DNA of 32,000 bases from a cyanobacterium endosymbiont of Epithemia turgida isolate EtSB Lake Yunoko. GTDB lineage: Bacteria > Cyanobacteriota > Cyanobacteriia > Cyanobacteriales > Microcystaceae. The position numbers were made by a program, and so were the translations under genes. The DNA lies in NCBI RefSeq assembly GCF_000829235.1, contig NZ_AP012549.1:1860001-1892000 (forward strand). The letters are read 5' to 3'. This document shows positions 1 to 10,430 of this stretch, in pieces. How positions within the stretch are numbered: the first letter of the stretch is position 1; each line of letters begins with the position of its first letter. The notes beneath the pieces are model-generated. The model searched no databases. It saw only the letters and a program-made list of their open reading frames with translations, and had not been told where the DNA came from.

Positions 1-868
1 GACGAAACCCTAATCTTGATAAGAATCTAGTTTATGGAGTTTATAGAATTTAGTTAAAGTAAAAGTTCTGAAAATTATTAGCTACTAATGTATACTCTTT
101 TATACTAAAATAGTCATTATTTTCGTGTTAAATTTATTTAAAAAATACCTCACTGATGATTATTTGAGTAAGAATAAACTCTCTATGGTTAGTAATTTTG
201 ACAAAAAAAGTTACGGACAATTGCATAATACTAACAAAAAATACTATCTTTTCCATCAGATTTAATGTTGCTTTCAGCATTATTGGGCTTATTAATTTTT
301 AAATTTTATTAGCTTAAGCTAGTGCGGTCAGTTTAGTCAGTGCTAGTATAGTAGTTTTGACGACTAATAAGTGCAAAAAGTCTTTGTTATTAGTTTAACA
401 GTAATCAGATAAACAGAAAATACACTCAACAATCAGCAAGTTACTTGTGAACAATCAATCGTAGGAAATATCTTTGATATAAGTCCTTGTCGAAATCAAT
501 CAGAATATATTGGTAAAGAATTAAGTAGATAAACTTAAATAAGTGTAAAATATAAAAGTAGTTAAAACAGAGTAATTACTAGATGTTAGTTTACTTAAAA
601 AATAAGCATATTTATTAATATAAAAAACAAGTAGATTACTAATCTTCTCATTCTCCTGGCTGTTGTTCATTAACAAAGCCACTTTCTTATATTTTTTGGG
701 AAATCTTTATGTCTTTTTAAGATAATCTCTTTGAGAGACTATAAACTCAATATTTAAAAAATATATTGACTGTTCCTTTTAATATAGTAGTCTTAAGAAA
801 GATTAAGATATTCCCCGAAACTAGGTAATGTTTACCCTGTAAGGCTTTGATAAGCCTATCCATGTTGT

Positions 869-903
869 TAGCATCATAATACACATAGTGCATTATGATG
901 CTA
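869..903. repeat. perfect 12-bp inverted repeat (hairpin), 11-nt spacer
   Basis: tagcatcataat (869-880) and attatgatgcta (892-903) are exact reverse complements. Three more pairs are possible inside the spacer. It lies about 95 nt downstream of the minus-strand ORF ending at 998, but no U-run follows. Confidence 0.8.
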
Positions 904-997
904 CATTTTATCTGTGCTAGACAAAAAACATTAATGACCTTCTGGTTATATTCTTAACTAGAATGCACCTAACAATAAATTTTAGCCCATCTCTTAT

Positions 998-1318
998 TTA
1001 TTCTGGAGTTGCTGATTCAAGAAGAAAATACTCACCATTTTTTTGGAAAACAAAAATGCGATCACCTTGATCAATTGATGTTCCTGGATGATGAAATCTC
1101 AATTTTGTATTATCCTCAAGCTTCACAAATAAAACACTACCATAAGGACCTGAAATAATTCCAACAATGGTTCCTGATTGAGAAGGACTGCTGTCCCCTA
1201 AATTTGGGCTAGCAGCTCTTTCTTCTAAATTCGGTTGCCGAACAGTTTGAGCGTTAGCTATGGTAGTCACGCAAACCAGAGCCATTATGCTCATTAATAT
1301 ATTTAAAATTCTCTTCAT
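998..1318 (-). CDS. small hypothetical protein with N-terminal signal peptide
   Basis: 106-aa ORF. The N-terminus MKRILNILMSIMALVCVTTIANA-QT has a basic n-region, a hydrophobic core and an AxA-like cleavage site. Base composition is clearly less A+T-rich than the flanks. A purine-rich agaggg sits about 8 nt upstream of the ATG. I recognise no family. Confidence 0.5.
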   Translation of the reverse strand: MKRILNILMSIMALVCVTTIANAQTVRQPNLEERAASPNLGDSSPSQSGTIVGIISGPYGSVLFVKLEDNTKLRFHHPGTSIDQGDRIFVFQKNGEYFLLESATPE

Positions 1319-1507
1319 GGTAATTCCCTCTAAGGAGGAGAAATTCCCCTTTGCTTCTCTTTCTTAAACTTTAGAAGGATTTTTAAAATCATACCATAAA
1401 GATAAAATTATAACTACAAAATATGACAACAAACAACAACTGTAAAAGAATAGTTATTAAGATAATTTAAATTAAAAAGATAAGTTTGAATCTCAATCAA
1501 ACAACCA

Positions 1508-2374
1508 TTAATCATTAACTATTTTAGACATCCATTGACGAGGTCCAAAATACTGACAAGCAATGGAGGCAACTTGAGAAGCTTTTGCTATAGAATCTTT
1601 GAAATTGTGTTTTAAAATAAAATGACAGAAAGCTCCATGAAAAATATCTCCAGCTCCTAATGTATCAACTGCTTTTATGTTTGAAACTTCGACATTTCCT
1701 GATTCTTCTTTAGTCCAATATTGAACTGGATTTGCTCCTTTAGTTATAGCAATATAAGGAATTTTAATCTCTTTTAAATAATGAAATACATCTAGAGAAT
1801 TAAGACAATTAGGAGGATAAAAATTTTCAGAGCAAATGGCATAATTTACGTAAGGAAGCACTTTTGGTAATTCAGGTTTCCAGCTTCCTCCATCCAAAAC
1901 AACGGGTATCTTTAAGCGTTGTGCTTCTTTAGCAATTATGATACTCGTAGATATTTGATGCCCATCTACTAAAATAACATCAATATCCTGTAATTTTTTT
2001 AAAAAAAGTCTATTATTGACAATGGCTTTAGATTTAGTAGCATTTACTGAAACAACAGCTCGTTCTCCTGTCGCTTTACTAACAATAATTGAAGAAGTAG
2101 ATAAAGGTTTTTGTTGATAGGGATTTAAATCAAAAATATCGATTGAATGATCGTTTAATTCGGCATAAATTAATTTACTAATGGGATGATTTCCAATCAC
2201 ACTTAATAAGGTTGCTTGATTACCAAAATATTTAAAAGTGATAGCCGCATTCGTTGCCGGTCCACCCGCAGAAATTGTTTCATCAATGGCTACAATTTTC
2301 TCATTATTGCGGGGAAAGTGATCGGTAAGATAGATTAAGTCTAGGGTTGTTAAACCGATAAATAATCCATTCAT
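1508..2374 (-). CDS. PfkB/ribokinase-family carbohydrate kinase
   Basis: 288 aa. It has the N-terminal GG motif (SAGGPATNAA) and the C-terminal PfkB signature DTLGAGDIFHGAF. Length and layout are typical of ribokinase-like sugar kinases. The substrate cannot be determined by eye. Confidence 0.85.
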   Translation of the reverse strand: MNGLFIGLTTLDLIYLTDHFPRNNEKIVAIDETISAGGPATNAAITFKYFGNQATLLSVIGNHPISKLIYAELNDHSIDIFDLNPYQQKPLSTSSIIVSKATGERAVVSVNATKSKAIVNNRLFLKKLQDIDVILVDGHQISTSIIIAKEAQRLKIPVVLDGGSWKPELPKVLPYVNYAICSENFYPPNCLNSLDVFHYLKEIKIPYIAITKGANPVQYWTKEESGNVEVSNIKAVDTLGAGDIFHGAFCHFILKHNFKDSIAKASQVASIACQYFGPRQWMSKIVND

Positions 2375-2385
2375 GAGTCGTAAAA

Positions 2386-3249
2386 ATGAGCAATGAAATC
2401 ATACAAGCAGGAACCCTTTATGTTGTCGGAACCCCCATTGGCAATTTAGAAGACATGACCCTAAGAGCGATCCGTATTCTAAAGTCAGTGAATTTGATTG
2501 CCGCAGAAGATACCCGTCACACAGGAAAACTCCTACATTACTTCCAAGTTAACACTCCCCAGATAAGTTATCACCAACATAATAGATTATCTCGTCAAGA
2601 TGAGTTAATTAGCTATCTACAACGCGGAAAAACTATTGCTTTAGTCACTGATGCCGGAATGCCAGGTATTTCTGATCCAGGGTATGAGTTAATTAAAGCT
2701 TGTATTGATAAAAATATTGCTACCATTCCAATCTCTGGGGCAAATGCTGCCATCATAGCCCTAGCTGTTTCGGGTCTACCTACGGATCGTTTTGTTTTTG
2801 AAGGGTTTCTTTCCACGAAAAGCAAAATTAGGGGTGATCGTTTAACGTTTTTAAAAACGGAAACTCGTACCCTGATTTTTTACGAGTCCCCCCATCGTCT
2901 ATTACAAACCCTAACCGATTTAGGGGCAGTTTTTGGAGAAAATCGTTTAATCACAGTAGCTAGAGAATTAACAAAATTATATGAGGAATTATGGCGAGGA
3001 ATTCTAGGAGAAGCAATTAATCGTTTTCAAGATTCACGATACCTTAAAGGAGAATTTACTCTGATTATAGCAGGATGTCAGGCAGCCTCTCAATTAAGAT
3101 TAACTGAAGAACAATTAAAGAAAGAGTTAAAACAATTGTTAGCCGCAGGAATGACGCGATCACAAGCGAGTCGTCATCTGGTACAATTAACTTCTTTTAA
3201 CCGCCGTCAAATTTATGAGTTATCTTTAGAAATTGATAATCATAGTTAA
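2386..3249 (+). CDS. rsmI: 16S rRNA (cytidine1402-2'-O)-methyltransferase RsmI
   Basis: 287 aa. The N-terminus GTLYVVGTPIGNLEDMTLRAIRILKSVNLIAAEDTRHTGKLL is the characteristic RsmI / tetrapyrrole-methylase-fold opening. DAGMPGISDPG and FYESPHRL motifs are present. Confidence 0.9.
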   Translation: MSNEIIQAGTLYVVGTPIGNLEDMTLRAIRILKSVNLIAAEDTRHTGKLLHYFQVNTPQISYHQHNRLSRQDELISYLQRGKTIALVTDAGMPGISDPGYELIKACIDKNIATIPISGANAAIIALAVSGLPTDRFVFEGFLSTKSKIRGDRLTFLKTETRTLIFYESPHRLLQTLTDLGAVFGENRLITVARELTKLYEELWRGILGEAINRFQDSRYLKGEFTLIIAGCQAASQLRLTEEQLKKELKQLLAAGMTRSQASRHLVQLTSFNRRQIYELSLEIDNHS

Positions 3250-4337
3250 TATTAAAAATTGCTAAATAATAGATATTACTCATTTAGTAAAATTACTACT
3301 TTTAGTTTTTAACTTTGGAGTATTTATAATTAAACTTTTCATGTATTAAGCTGACTTCTTCCGATAATTCACAGCCTGAATAACCTGGTCAATGTTTTAA
3401 AAAAATGGAGAAGCCTATGCTGAAGGTTTAAAAATTAGCTGACAGTTTTGATTGGCAATTGTCTCTACCCTGATATATTTTTTCTATATAAATAGATTAA
3501 AATTATATCTTACATTTTTTAAAAATAGTAATTCTGGCGGATATAAAAACACTTTTTATAGAGGAAACCTAGACAACTTTTTCAGAGTTTATTAAGCAAT
3601 TTTAAGATACAATTGCTTATCTCATCACTTTTATACTTCAACAGATTGACTAGACAAAAAAAGTAGATTGGTCTATTTATCGGGAAAAAACTTTGACTTT
3701 TGATGAGCAATCCTTGTCTCTTTAGTTTGTAATGCTTAATATTGACGTTCACATTACAATCGCTTATTGTATTTTCGTAATTGTGGTGTATAAATTGGTA
3801 AACGTGATTATTGCAGTGTGAACATTATTCATTTAGTTCAAGCTAAATCTTTAGCTTTTCAGGTTAAAATTCAATATTTATTAAATAAAATTTAATGACA
3901 ATTAAAACACAGTTATTTTTTAAAAAAATATTTCAGTAATCAGTCAAGCAATTCTAAACTTTGAAAGAATTATCCTGATTAGGATAAGATTTATTAGCTT
4001 ATTTTATATATTTATTGATAGTGAACGCGATTGATAAATAGCTATCTTTTAATTTATAAACTAATCTCATAGACTGAGTCCCCAATAACAATAGTTCTTA
4101 AGTTAAATATATTTAAATTATCTTTATCGTAATTAACAGCTGGACTTTTATTTTTTAAAATTTGTTAAAATATAAATATTTATCGCTAGTCTACACATTA
4201 ATCTCCCGAATAAGCCGATATTTTTTTATTGCTTTTTATGCTACAATGTTATTCTTTTAACTATCGTAACCTATCAAAAAACATAATAAAAACTCTTTAT
4301 CTTTATCAGAAAGATAATTAATGCATTATTGAGGGAT

Positions 4338-4374
4338 TAATTGTAAAAAATTGATTATATTGTTTTTACAATTA
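4338..4374. repeat. perfect 12-bp inverted repeat, 13-nt spacer
   Basis: taattgtaaaaa (4338-4349) and tttttacaatta (4363-4374) are exact reverse complements. Given the A+T richness this one is near chance level on its own. Confidence 0.6.
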
Positions 4375-4558
4375 GTAGTAGTTCGATAAAACGTGTAAAA
4401 AATAATATGATTTAGTACTATTAACTTAGTTAATTTTTAAAATTATTGGTATTAAATTAAAGAGTTTAGTTGTTTTTATAAAATTAATCTTTATGGTTTA
4501 CTAACTCTTAACTACCTCAATGTTAATTTCTAATTCCCAAAAATCACTAGAAATCGTG

Positions 4559-4564
4559 TATAAT
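4559..4564 (+). promoter_or_regulatory. candidate -10 box (TATAAT) for rpsD
   Basis: Exact TATAAT lies 45 nt upstream of the rpsD ATG, and AGGAG is at 4592-4596 (12 nt before the ATG). I found no convincing -35, and TATAAT-like strings are common in DNA this A+T-rich. Confidence 0.3.
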
Positions 4565-4608
4565 GACTATTTTGGAGTAACTGTGCATTTTAGGAGAACA
4601 TCTGTTCT

Positions 4609-5217
4609 ATGTCTCGTTATAGAGGGCCTCGCTTAAGAGTTGTACGGCGACTAGGAGAACTTCCTGGCTTAAGTCGCAAAAACCCCCGTCGTGCTTATCC
4701 TCCAGGACAACACGGACAAGGACGTAAAAAGCGTTCAGAATACGCTATTCGTCTTGAAGAAAAGCAAAAACTGCGCTTTAACTATGGCGTAACAGAGGGT
4801 CAGCTAGTACGCTATGTAAAAAAAGCTCGTAAAGCCACAGGTTCTACCGGTCAAAAACTTCTGGAATTACTAGAAATGCGTCTTGATAATACAGTGTTTC
4901 GCTTAGGGATGGCGGGAACAATTCCAGGAGCTCGTCAATTAGTCTCTCACGGTCATGTTACCGTTAATGGCCAAGTTGTTGATATTCCTAGTTATCAGTG
5001 CCGTTCTGGGGAAGTAATCTCCATTCGTAATCAAGATCGTTCTCGTCGCTTAGTGGCAGCGAATATGGAATACCCTGGTTTGGCTAACCTTCCAAGTCAT
5101 TTAGATTTTGATAAAAATACTTTGACAGGAAAAGTTAATGGAACTATTGAACGGGAATGGATAGCTTTACAAATTAATGAATTGTTAGTAGTTGAGTATT
5201 ATTCTCGAAAAGCTTAG
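4609..5217 (+). CDS. rpsD: 30S ribosomal protein S4
   Basis: 202 aa. [16 protein letters not shown]... is the canonical S4 N-terminus, and an S4 RNA-binding domain follows ([38 protein letters not shown]). Confidence 0.97.
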   Translation: MSRYRGPRLRVVRRLGELPGLSRKNPRRAYPPGQHGQGRKKRSEYAIRLEEKQKLRFNYGVTEGQLVRYVKKARKATGSTGQKLLELLEMRLDNTVFRLGMAGTIPGARQLVSHGHVTVNGQVVDIPSYQCRSGEVISIRNQDRSRRLVAANMEYPGLANLPSHLDFDKNTLTGKVNGTIEREWIALQINELLVVEYYSRKA

Positions 5218-5224
5218 AAGATTA

Positions 5225-5249
5225 TTGGATAACTTCAATAGTTGTCCAA
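5225..5249 (+). terminator. hairpin immediately downstream of rpsD (possible terminator)
   Basis: The stem ttggataact / agttgtccaa has 10 pairs, one of them G-U, around the 5-nt loop tcaat. It starts 8 nt after the rpsD stop codon. No clear U-tract follows, so confidence is low. Confidence 0.35.
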
Positions 5250-5613
5250 TGTCCTTATGAACTTAGATTATTTAACTTGACTTTAAAATTTTAAGAATGA
5301 ATATAAAATCTTTGAGTTTTATCAAAGTTTCTTTCCGATAATTGAGTCTTCTTTACACTTAATTCATAGGGTTTCAGTAATTTGGTGTATTTTATGATAC
5401 AGCAACGGTATAACTGGCAGTGTAACTAAATTTCTCAAGATTAACTTTATGACTCTAGAATCCTTTAGAGTCATTGCTAGAAACTAAAACAAAACTCAAT
5501 TACTAGACAATTCATTCTTATTTTACACTTACTTAACAAAATCATAAACTTGTGTAGCTCAAGGAAATTAATCCTTTATTTCATTAACAATATTCCTTTT
5601 AGGATCTACTTAA

Positions 5614-6360
5614 GAATTAAAAGAGTGTAATCACAAATCAATTCTTGTTACTTGGTCAATTCAAAAGGTTTCAACTGACTGTACTTACGGTGACCGAGAC
5701 ACAGAGGTAGCTATGATGGTACTTCTTTCTGTTAGCCAAGAGCCAACTGTCGACACCAGACCGCTAAATCACTTTACTATCCCACAAAACTTTTGGGTTA
5801 GTCTTTTTGGAGTTCTTTAACTAAGGTTTGGACAACATTATAGAAGAAGACAGGTTTCATCCAGCAAAACCATTTTAAATTTTAGACCATATCCGCATAG
5901 GTGAGAGAAAGAGGTAAAGAAAACACGTAAAGTTTGAGTAAAGCCCGAAAAAGTGAATTTAGTTTTCGGACGAGTTTCCATGGTAAGGCGGCAATTTTTC
6001 CTATTAAATTCAAAAATTTTGTTGGGTTATACATCAGGCTGTAAACTGAATAATGTCATGGGTTTCTATTAAACTGATGGTGATGGCCAATTCATTTTTA
6101 ACTTGAGATAATCAAGTTATCAAAAAAGAACTTTAAGGTCAATCGGTCCATATTCTCATCAGACTGGACTAATAGTTTTGATTCACGGCAGTCAGTCAAG
6201 TAAGGTCCAAGAGAAAGATAACACTTTTTACTCCTATCCTTTCAATATTAGCGGCTACTGGACCCAATTTTTAGCATTGCGAACTACCCATAATATACGT
6301 CTGAAACCATGGCAAGCCAATTTAAGAACGCTCACTGGTCTAATACTATGAGAAGCCTAT
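5614..6360. pseudogene. decayed coding relic, identity and strand unresolved
   Basis: About 0.75 kb is visibly less A+T-rich than the surrounding spacer. Several 30-70-codon open stretches occur on both strands, for example plus 5614-5817 and minus-frame fragments such as GKIAALPWKLVRKLNSLFRALLKLY. There is no intact ORF of 60 aa or more with a start codon. Confidence 0.3.
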
Positions 6361-8470
6361 ATTAGTATTACTGTTTTTTATAGAATTTTGATATTCAACA
6401 CCTCAACTTAATTCAAAATATTAGAAGTTGAGAGCATAAAGACTTTATACTCGTTTCATGGTAAATCAGTACATATGATATTCTTACTGTACGTTTTAAG
6501 AATTGAAAAGAACTTAGACCGAAAAAAGAATTTAAAATTAATGATTTAATAACTATTACTTATGATTATCAACCTTAAATTTCATTGAATCTATATCTTT
6601 TTCTAACTCGATTAGATACTAAAGATGTATACATACTCGCACATTAAATAGGATTAAGGCAAACTGTCAAATATTATTTTGATTTCGATCAACAGTGCTT
6701 AATAGAATTAATAATAGGAGAATATAGAAATAAAAGTATAGGTTTTTTCTATAGATTCTGTCATAAGTTTAATTTTTAAATTTATTATTAATACTTTCTA
6801 CTGTCTCCGAAGTCGTTTCTAAATTAGAATAAGCAATGAATCAATATAGGCAATGATTTTATGATCCGAGGTCTAAGTGTTTAACATCTGGCTTTAATAA
6901 ATAAAATTTTTTATATCAATTAACTAACTCTAATAGTCTTTATACTCAGTCTAAGTTTTTAAAAAAGCTATTTTCATTTAAGAATACTGGTCAAGTTTTG
7001 TACACTTAATTTAATTTGCCGGTTTGTTTTTTGCTTATATTTTATATCTCTCTGATAATAGAAAATTTTCTTTTATTTAAATCTTATAGCTTTGTAAATT
7101 AATAATTTTATTATATTAAACATATAACTCTTTCAGCTTGTGGCATAAATTTATTTACAATATAATTACATAATTTTTAAAGCTCTATACTAACCTCTTT
7201 TTTTTTTACAAATATCTCTTTTTGTCTAGTTTATAGTAATTCTACTATTTTAAATATTTTACTATTTTTATCACTCATATACTCATTCTTTTATCTAAAT
7301 AAATTAACATTAAATAATAACTTTTTTATCCTTTGATTAGAGTAATTTTCTTTCTTGCCAGATATCTCAATAGATAAGGTATTATATGATTAATTATTTA
7401 AATCTTTGAGCATTGTTTTTATTTATCATTCACTTACTTCATTTATTGTCGTTCAATTTTTCATATCGATATTTAAATTTTTAAAATTATTATTATATTA
7501 TACTTTTTATTATTATGTACTTTTTTCTTAAGAAAAATAATATAGGTTTTAATTTGTTTCCATAAATATAAATTAAGTATAAATATTGTGTTTAGTATAA
7601 TCTCAGTTTAGATACTAAATATAGTATTATTATACCTATAACTAGGTTTTGATACTTTTATATTTTAGCCTTATTCAAGCTAACTTATCTAAGTTGTATA
7701 ACAAATATTATTGAAATTATAGCTAATGATAGAAGAAAAGATAGTTGATGAAAACAAGAACTAAATCAAGATATTATAAATCATAATAGTATTTTTTTAT
7801 TCAATAAAATTAGTTAGTTATTCTTTTTAAGAAGTATTTTTTACACAAATGATAAGCAACATTAAATTCTGATTAAAATAGTACTTGCACTCATAATTTT
7901 ACTCACGCACTAATCTATTAACCTTTTTCAGACAGAAAACCTTGATAGTATTGTGATTATTTATATATAAACAATATAATATGTCAAAAAACAATGAACA
8001 TAAATATTTTATGCTATTATATGTTTTACCCTAAAAATAATGGGTTTTATTTTTTATGACTTTATCATAGCTAGTTTGTAAAAGCTATATAAGTACGTTA
8101 CTAAGTATATGAATTAAAATAAAGTTAAAAGAAAAAGTCTTTAAAAAAGAGTTACAACTAGATTTTAATCTATCTAAAAATTCATCTAACAGAATTGGAC
8201 AAACAAGAACTGTCAGAGTTGGCTTGCGACCAAATTTTAAAAAAAACCAGAACAAGGGCAGAAATATTCTATTTAAATACAAGAGTATAAAAAGTCAAAT
8301 AAATTACAGACTAGTAAATTTATCAAAAAATACAAGTTTTAAAAAATTATATATAAATTATTCAAGAAACAGAAATATTATGAGATTATCGAAAATAGCT
8401 AAAAATAAAAAGACAAAAGTGAGTATAAAAAAATAAATACAATAATTATTTTTTAAGATTAATTGCTGCA

Positions 8471-8498
8471 TGTAAGTAGTTTATTCAAACTACTTACA
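8471..8498. repeat. perfect 12-bp inverted repeat, 4-nt loop
   Basis: tgtaagtagttt (8471-8482), loop attc, aaactacttaca (8487-8498). The arms are exact reverse complements. Confidence 0.85.
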
Positions 8499-8589
8499 AA
8501 GTGATAAAAATATATGTATTGTTTATAACATAAAATCCTTTTATTAAAAAATAAAAATGTAATTTATGTTGAATAAAAAAAATAAATTG

Positions 8590-8623
8590 GTTTAATTATA
8601 CTTAATTATAAGTATAATTAAAC
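8590..8623. repeat. perfect 15-bp inverted repeat, 4-nt loop
   Basis: gtttaattatactta (8590-8604), loop atta, taagtataattaaac (8609-8623). The arms are exact reverse complements, checked base by base. Confidence 0.9.
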
Positions 8624-8626
8624 TTA

Positions 8627-8656
8627 TAGCAAATATCTTAGTCAAGATATTTGCTA
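8627..8656. repeat. perfect 13-bp inverted repeat, 4-nt loop, 3 nt after the previous hairpin
   Basis: tagcaaatatctt (8627-8639), loop agtc, aagatatttgcta (8644-8656). The arms are exact reverse complements. Confidence 0.9.
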
Positions 8657-9126
8657 CGAATAATAACAATCCAAGATACAATGAATTTATTCGTCTCGAA
8701 TCGAATATAAAGTAGAAAATTATTTTTTTATATTTATTTGAAACTAATTGTTTATTCAAGGAATAGATACCCGAACCTGGCCTGTTAAACCAATCATATT
8801 AACTATCAACTTAAGAAGAAGATTCGTTTGAGAAAACAGATCTTATGAAGAGAAAAAATATAATTCAAAAATATTTGAAATAAAAAAAGGAAAAATTAGA
8901 TGTATGAATAGCTACAAAAGTGACCATAATTTTTTGTAAGATTTTAAATGATGAAATTTAACTATTTAACTAAACCTTAATACTTAATATCTAAAGAAAA
9001 CCTAAATTTATTCAATGTTGATAGAAGTCTTGACTAGTATAGAAGATATCTATGGCTTTTTAAAAATTAAAGAATGTTATTGAAATCTCACTTATCATTC
9101 ATTAATTCATCAAAAATAAATCAACT

Positions 9127-10242
9127 ATGAAATTTGTTGACGAATACCGCGATGCTAACTTAGCTCAACAATATGCCAGAAAAATTTCCCAGATAATCAC
9201 CAAAGATTGGAGGATAATGGAAATCTGTGGTGGACAGACCCATTCTATTTTGAAATATGGAATTGATGAACTTTTACCCTCAAAAATTACCTTGATCCAT
9301 GGACCAGGTTGTCCAGTATGTGTAACCCCCATTCAATTAATTGATTCTGCATTAAAAATTGCCGCTCTTCAGGATGTAATTTTCTGTTCCTTTGGGGATA
9401 TGTTGCGAGTCCCTGGAACTGATGAAGATTTGCTTACCGTCAAAGCAAAGGGGGGGGATATTCGCATCGTATATTCTCCTTTAGATTGTCTTGAACTTTC
9501 CCAGAAAAATCCCAACAAACAGGTGGTCTTTTTTGCTGTCGGGTTTGAAACCACTACCCCTGCAACCGCCATGGTTGTTTATCAAGCTGCACAATACGCA
9601 ATAACTAATCTTTCTTTATTAGTGTCTCATGTCTTGGTCCCTCCTGCCATGGAAACTATTTTAGGGTCACCTAAATCCCAAATACAAGGGTTTTTAGCTG
9701 CTGGTCATGTTTGCACAGTAATGGGATATGAAGAATATAACCCTATTGCTCAAAAATACGGCGTTCCCATTGTGATAACAGGATTTGAACCCGTTGATGT
9801 TCTCCAAGGAATTTATCTATGTCTGCAACAGTTAGAATCAGGACAGGCATACTGTGAAAATCAATATGTCCGTTCCGTGGAACAACAGGGCAATTCTATT
9901 GCAAAAAAAATTATTCAAGAAGTATTTGAGGTAGTTACTCGACAATGGCGCGGTATTGGGGAGATTAGTCAAAGTGGCTTAGGGTTGCGGGAAAAATATG
10001 CAAGTTTTGACGCCTTGAAACGGTTCGCTGAGGAGTTATCTTTAATCAAACCATCTTATGTCTCTTCGATTTGTATTAGTGGGGAAATTATGCAAGGACT
10101 TAAAAAACCCCACCATTGTCCTGCTTTTGGGAAAGAATGCGCTCCAGAACATCCCTTAGGCGCACCTATGGTATCTCCGGAAGGGACTTGTGCTGCTTAC
10201 TATCGCTATCGTAATTATCAAAATCAAACATTGATGGTTTAA
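9127..10242 (+). CDS. hypD: [NiFe]-hydrogenase maturation protein HypD
   Basis: 371 aa. MKFVDEYRD is the typical HypD opening. All the motifs I know are present: CGGQTH ([11 protein letters not shown]), [13 protein letters not shown], and the C-terminal CX14CX6CX16C cysteine pattern ([40 protein letters not shown], spacing counted by hand). Confidence 0.95.
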   Translation: MKFVDEYRDANLAQQYARKISQIITKDWRIMEICGGQTHSILKYGIDELLPSKITLIHGPGCPVCVTPIQLIDSALKIAALQDVIFCSFGDMLRVPGTDEDLLTVKAKGGDIRIVYSPLDCLELSQKNPNKQVVFFAVGFETTTPATAMVVYQAAQYAITNLSLLVSHVLVPPAMETILGSPKSQIQGFLAAGHVCTVMGYEEYNPIAQKYGVPIVITGFEPVDVLQGIYLCLQQLESGQAYCENQYVRSVEQQGNSIAKKIIQEVFEVVTRQWRGIGEISQSGLGLREKYASFDALKRFAEELSLIKPSYVSSICISGEIMQGLKKPHHCPAFGKECAPEHPLGAPMVSPEGTCAAYYRYRNYQNQTLMV

Positions 10243-10430
10243 GAAGTCAAAACCTTATGGTACTATCTTGTCTTTTACCTCGCTCGCAGTCCCGATAACC
10301 ACAATAAAAATTTACTATACTATAAATACTGTTATTTTAAAGATAATTTGATGTCAGCACGACCAATTTTCTTGTTATGAATGTGAAAATTAGCGAATAA
10401 TAAACTTATAAAGAAATAGTTACTAATAGC

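Noticed and set aside
2613-2825. 70-aa minus-strand ORF inside rsmI
   Set aside because: It is entirely antisense to a well-supported gene, has no family resemblance and has an Arg/Ala/Pro-skewed composition. This is a shadow ORF.
3353-5352. Shared 11-mer ttccgataatt at about 3360 and about 5335
   Set aside because: Exact 11-mer sharing is expected many times by chance in a 32-kb A+T-rich window, and the flanks do not align.
5552-5564. gtgtagctcaagg, similar to a tRNA acceptor/D-arm start
   Set aside because: There is no matching T-arm (GTTCGAATC-like), no anticodon stem and no acceptor complement within 70-90 nt downstream.
8085-8436. Overlapping 65-aa (minus) and 70-aa (plus) ORFs in the rpsD-hypD desert
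   Set aside because: The translations are K/N/I/F/L low-complexity strings, as expected from random A+T-rich DNA. There is no SD and no family resemblance.
9369-9572. 67-aa minus-strand ORF inside hypD
   Set aside because: It is an antisense shadow ORF within a confidently identified CDS.
10257-10298. Short ORF MVLSCLLPRSQSR* right after hypD, reminiscent of a HypE N-terminus (M..CP.P)
   Set aside because: The resemblance rests on about 4 residues, and downstream frames show no HypE motifs. The following sequence is better explained by an ISL3 relic.
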